A stretch of 64,000 nt of DNA from Utricularia gibba (lineage: Eukaryota; Plantae; Magnoliophyta): assembly GCA_002189035.1 (NCBI GenBank), contig NEEC01000012.1:3162001-3226000 (forward strand), given 5' to 3'. Below are positions 61,553 to 64,000 of this stretch, one piece after another. The translations under genes were made by a program, and so were the position numbers. The notes under the pieces are model-generated. The model was not told the origin of the DNA and made no database searches. It was given only the letters and a program-made list of their open reading frames with translations. Position 1 is the stretch's first letter; each line of letters opens with the position of its first letter.

Positions 61553-63527
61553 TCAGATTTGGTGATTCTGTACGGCGTCCTTCTTCATCGCAGCTTCCTT
61601 GATGATCTGAAGGCAGTTCTGGAAGTCGTCGCAGAGTTGGAGCGGATCGGGGAAGAGTTTCTCGTCGAGCGCCATCGACACGATCAGTTTGCTCGCGTAG
61701 CTCTGGAAGTGGATCAACACCGCCTGCGGGGTAACGGTAGGTAAATACATTAATACCCCTCCCTACTCTAAGACGCTCCCCCTCCTATCATCATCTAGGT
61801 GGATCTGGTCCATGGTGAAAAGGTTATTTTGCTCACACTGGTTTGAGTGGCTTACCACTGGGAATCCGTACACGGATGGAGCGAAGTAGGTGAGTGGATT
61901 CCCGAAGAAGCTGATCTCATCTCCAGGCCCCATCACGCTTGAGAATGCGAAGGTCACATTTGACAGGAAAGAGTTCACCACAAAGGCTGTTCTCTGAAAC
62001 AACAACAGCAGCAACAACTCAACTTTTGTGACTAATGAAGCTTTTTATTTGGTGGGGTGGTTACCCTCATCCCGAGGATCTTGATCAGCATCTTCACTAT
62101 GTGGTACTCGATGATGCACTGGTAGGAAAGCTTCTTCTTGTTCATGACAGCCCTGGCATCCTGAACGTAGGATAAGGGATCTTGATGCAGGCGCAGCCGC
62201 AGAGGAAGCAGGATGAACCCACCATGTTTCCCCATGTCTGCAAGTCTAGAGCTTTCCCATTGTGCATCACTTCGTGTGCGTCCTGTCCAGACACGGAAAA
62301 CCCCTCTGAGAATGGCAGAGCAAGCATGAACACAGGTCGTCTAAAAGGATACGAACTTGAACTGTGGCAGATGGTCGCATGTTGAGAGCAGCTACGCCGC
62401 GAATGCTCATGGATTCTAAAGAAGACCTGGCTGCCTTCTCTGGTAGAAGAAAGACATGTGGTTATTTCTGTCCCTGAAAAAGATGAACCAATTCCGGTGA
62501 CTGCGTGCGTACCAGTTGATGGAGCTGCATTGCAGGAGGTGTGTCTCCTATGAACGTAATGACTGAGGGCGGCGTTGGTTATTCCGAACATCACATCGTT
62601 AACAGTCTGAGAATGCGACAGAGAAAGAAAGAAATAAAGAAACAAAGACATGGATAACAGTTAAAGGGGAAGACAGTCAGTCAGCGTACTGTGTTCATTG
62701 AATTCTTGATTAGCTTTACATCGTCCAAGTTGAGGACTTTGTGGACGAATCTCTTTGGGGAATGCTCGATTCCTTTGTCTCCTTTGATGGGATTCCAGTC
62801 TTTCAGAATGAACACAGTAGCGACGAATTCCAGAGTATCCACCAAAGTGTAATGAACCATCAAGAAAAACCTCCAGATGACAGAAAAAAGCAAGTTGAGG
62901 AACGCCCTTTTCTTCCCTGACTGAACTGGACGTTTTTTGCTTGCGGGGAGGACGGGGAGAGCTTCAGGGTCGGAGATTCTTCTCCCACAAGCTAAAAGGA
63001 CCGAAATCAGGGAAACCCCATCGCCTATTGAGTGATGGAGCTTCAGCACGGCGGTGGCGGCGGAGTTACTGGTTTTCACATTCAGAAGATAGAGTTCCCA
63101 GAGAGGTTTCGAGAGATCCATTGGAGTCCGCGCCACTTTTGTGATGAATTCGTCTACAAATTTGTCACCCTTTTCGTGTTCAATCTCCGGATCCAAATCC
63201 GGCACCAGCACATGATCGTCGATATTCACCTCCGTCGGCCGCCATGACATCTTATACTTGGCTTCATCCTCGAAAACCTGATAACAAAAACGTTGCAACT
63301 CACTCTGTAAAACAGGGGAAGCACAAAAACAGAGCACCCACTAGGAGACTAGAGAAGCGGGGATGCTTGGCGAGGCTCTGGGAGACGGAATGCTTGACCC
63401 AGTTGACATCCAAGCTGCAACTCAAACCCATGATTGTAATGACGTTGAGATTGAAATTGGGCGTATGCATGAGCCGGGAAAATGGGCTCGCAGGTACACA
63501 TTCCTCTTCTCCTTGAACTGCAACCAT
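61553..63527 (-). CDS. WSD: WSD1-like wax ester synthase/diacylglycerol acyltransferase; 7 exons; one apparent 1-bp frameshift at 62216-62220
   Basis: LAKHPRFSSLLV, PMDLSKPLWELYLLN, catalytic HHSIGDGVSL, TVNDVMFG, WGN..GFILLP, ALxIHFQSYA-like C-terminal segment. Confidence 0.93.
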
Positions 63528-63559
63528 CTTATCTGCCTTTGAGTCTGATATGCATATAA

Positions 63560-63601
63560 GCAACAGCAGGAGCAGCAGCAGCAGAAGAAGAAGAAGAAGA
63601 G
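63560..63601. repeat. Compound (GAA)n/(GCA)n microsatellite upstream of the WSD ATG
   Basis: agcagcagcagcagaagaagaagaagaaga. Confidence 0.85.
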
Positions 63602-64000
63602 GCGACCAGTGGTTATGTGGTTGGTTGGTGGACTTGCAGAAACTTTCAAACCCAGAAGTACAGTCTGATCGGAAAAGTGAAGTTATGGGCTTTCATTATC
63701 CATCACCATCTTCTCCATGCTACATGCACCACCTCAGTCTTTTAAAAAGGAAGGTTAAGATAATGATTCTTATGGATACAAAAAGGAAAGAAAAACGTGA
63801 ATGAATTGGGATTGGAGAAGCAGCCAAATGGATGGAAAATAACAGGCCTGGGATTAGTCTCCTCCTCCTCCTTGTGACTGCCATTAATGATGCCGCATGC
63901 TTTGTAGGAGAAGACGATGGAGTTTCGATTTGGAATTGAATGCTGTGGACATGACGGTAGGTAGCCATTTGGCGTCTACAGAGTTACAGATCAAGAGCAC

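Noticed and set aside
62343-62352. Perfect U12 donor-like GTATCCTTTT in a WSD intron
   Set aside because: The GT donor 4 nt upstream gives the correct phase, and there is no TCCTTAAC branch site before the acceptor.

Overview
Eukaryotic plant (eudicot) nuclear DNA, very compact. I can model 19 complete protein-coding genes in 64 kb, with many 65-100 nt introns, and see no transposon ORF, tRNA, rRNA or CRISPR array. Gene order: C2-domain (SRC2-like) protein (-), PATRONUS-like (+), two uncharacterised nuclear-type proteins (+,+), DUF819 membrane protein (-), SABP2-like methylesterase (-), 112-aa orphan (-), P-class PPR (-), HIPP (+), At3g49140-like plastid protein (-), reticulon (+), SLAH2/3 anion channel (+), TIMELESS (-), Cys/Gly-repeat ('loricrin-like') protein (-), SIG5 (+), spermine synthase (-), SF3a60 (-), CCT-motif protein (-), WSD1-like acyltransferase (-). 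The density would fit a miniature genome such as Lentibulariaceae (inference only). Five otherwise intact reading frames positions are each broken by one missing base in a short G/C run, most simply a long-read consensus error. The best leads are an intron-spanning uORF in the Cys/Gly-repeat gene leader, a shared PxKKR/PRKR motif in the two adjacent orphan genes, a 112-aa orphan bracketed by a perfect 14-bp inverted repeat, and unexplained GC-rich islands. I found no unambiguous novel multi-gene system. Arabidopsis locus names are recalled from memory, not from database searches.
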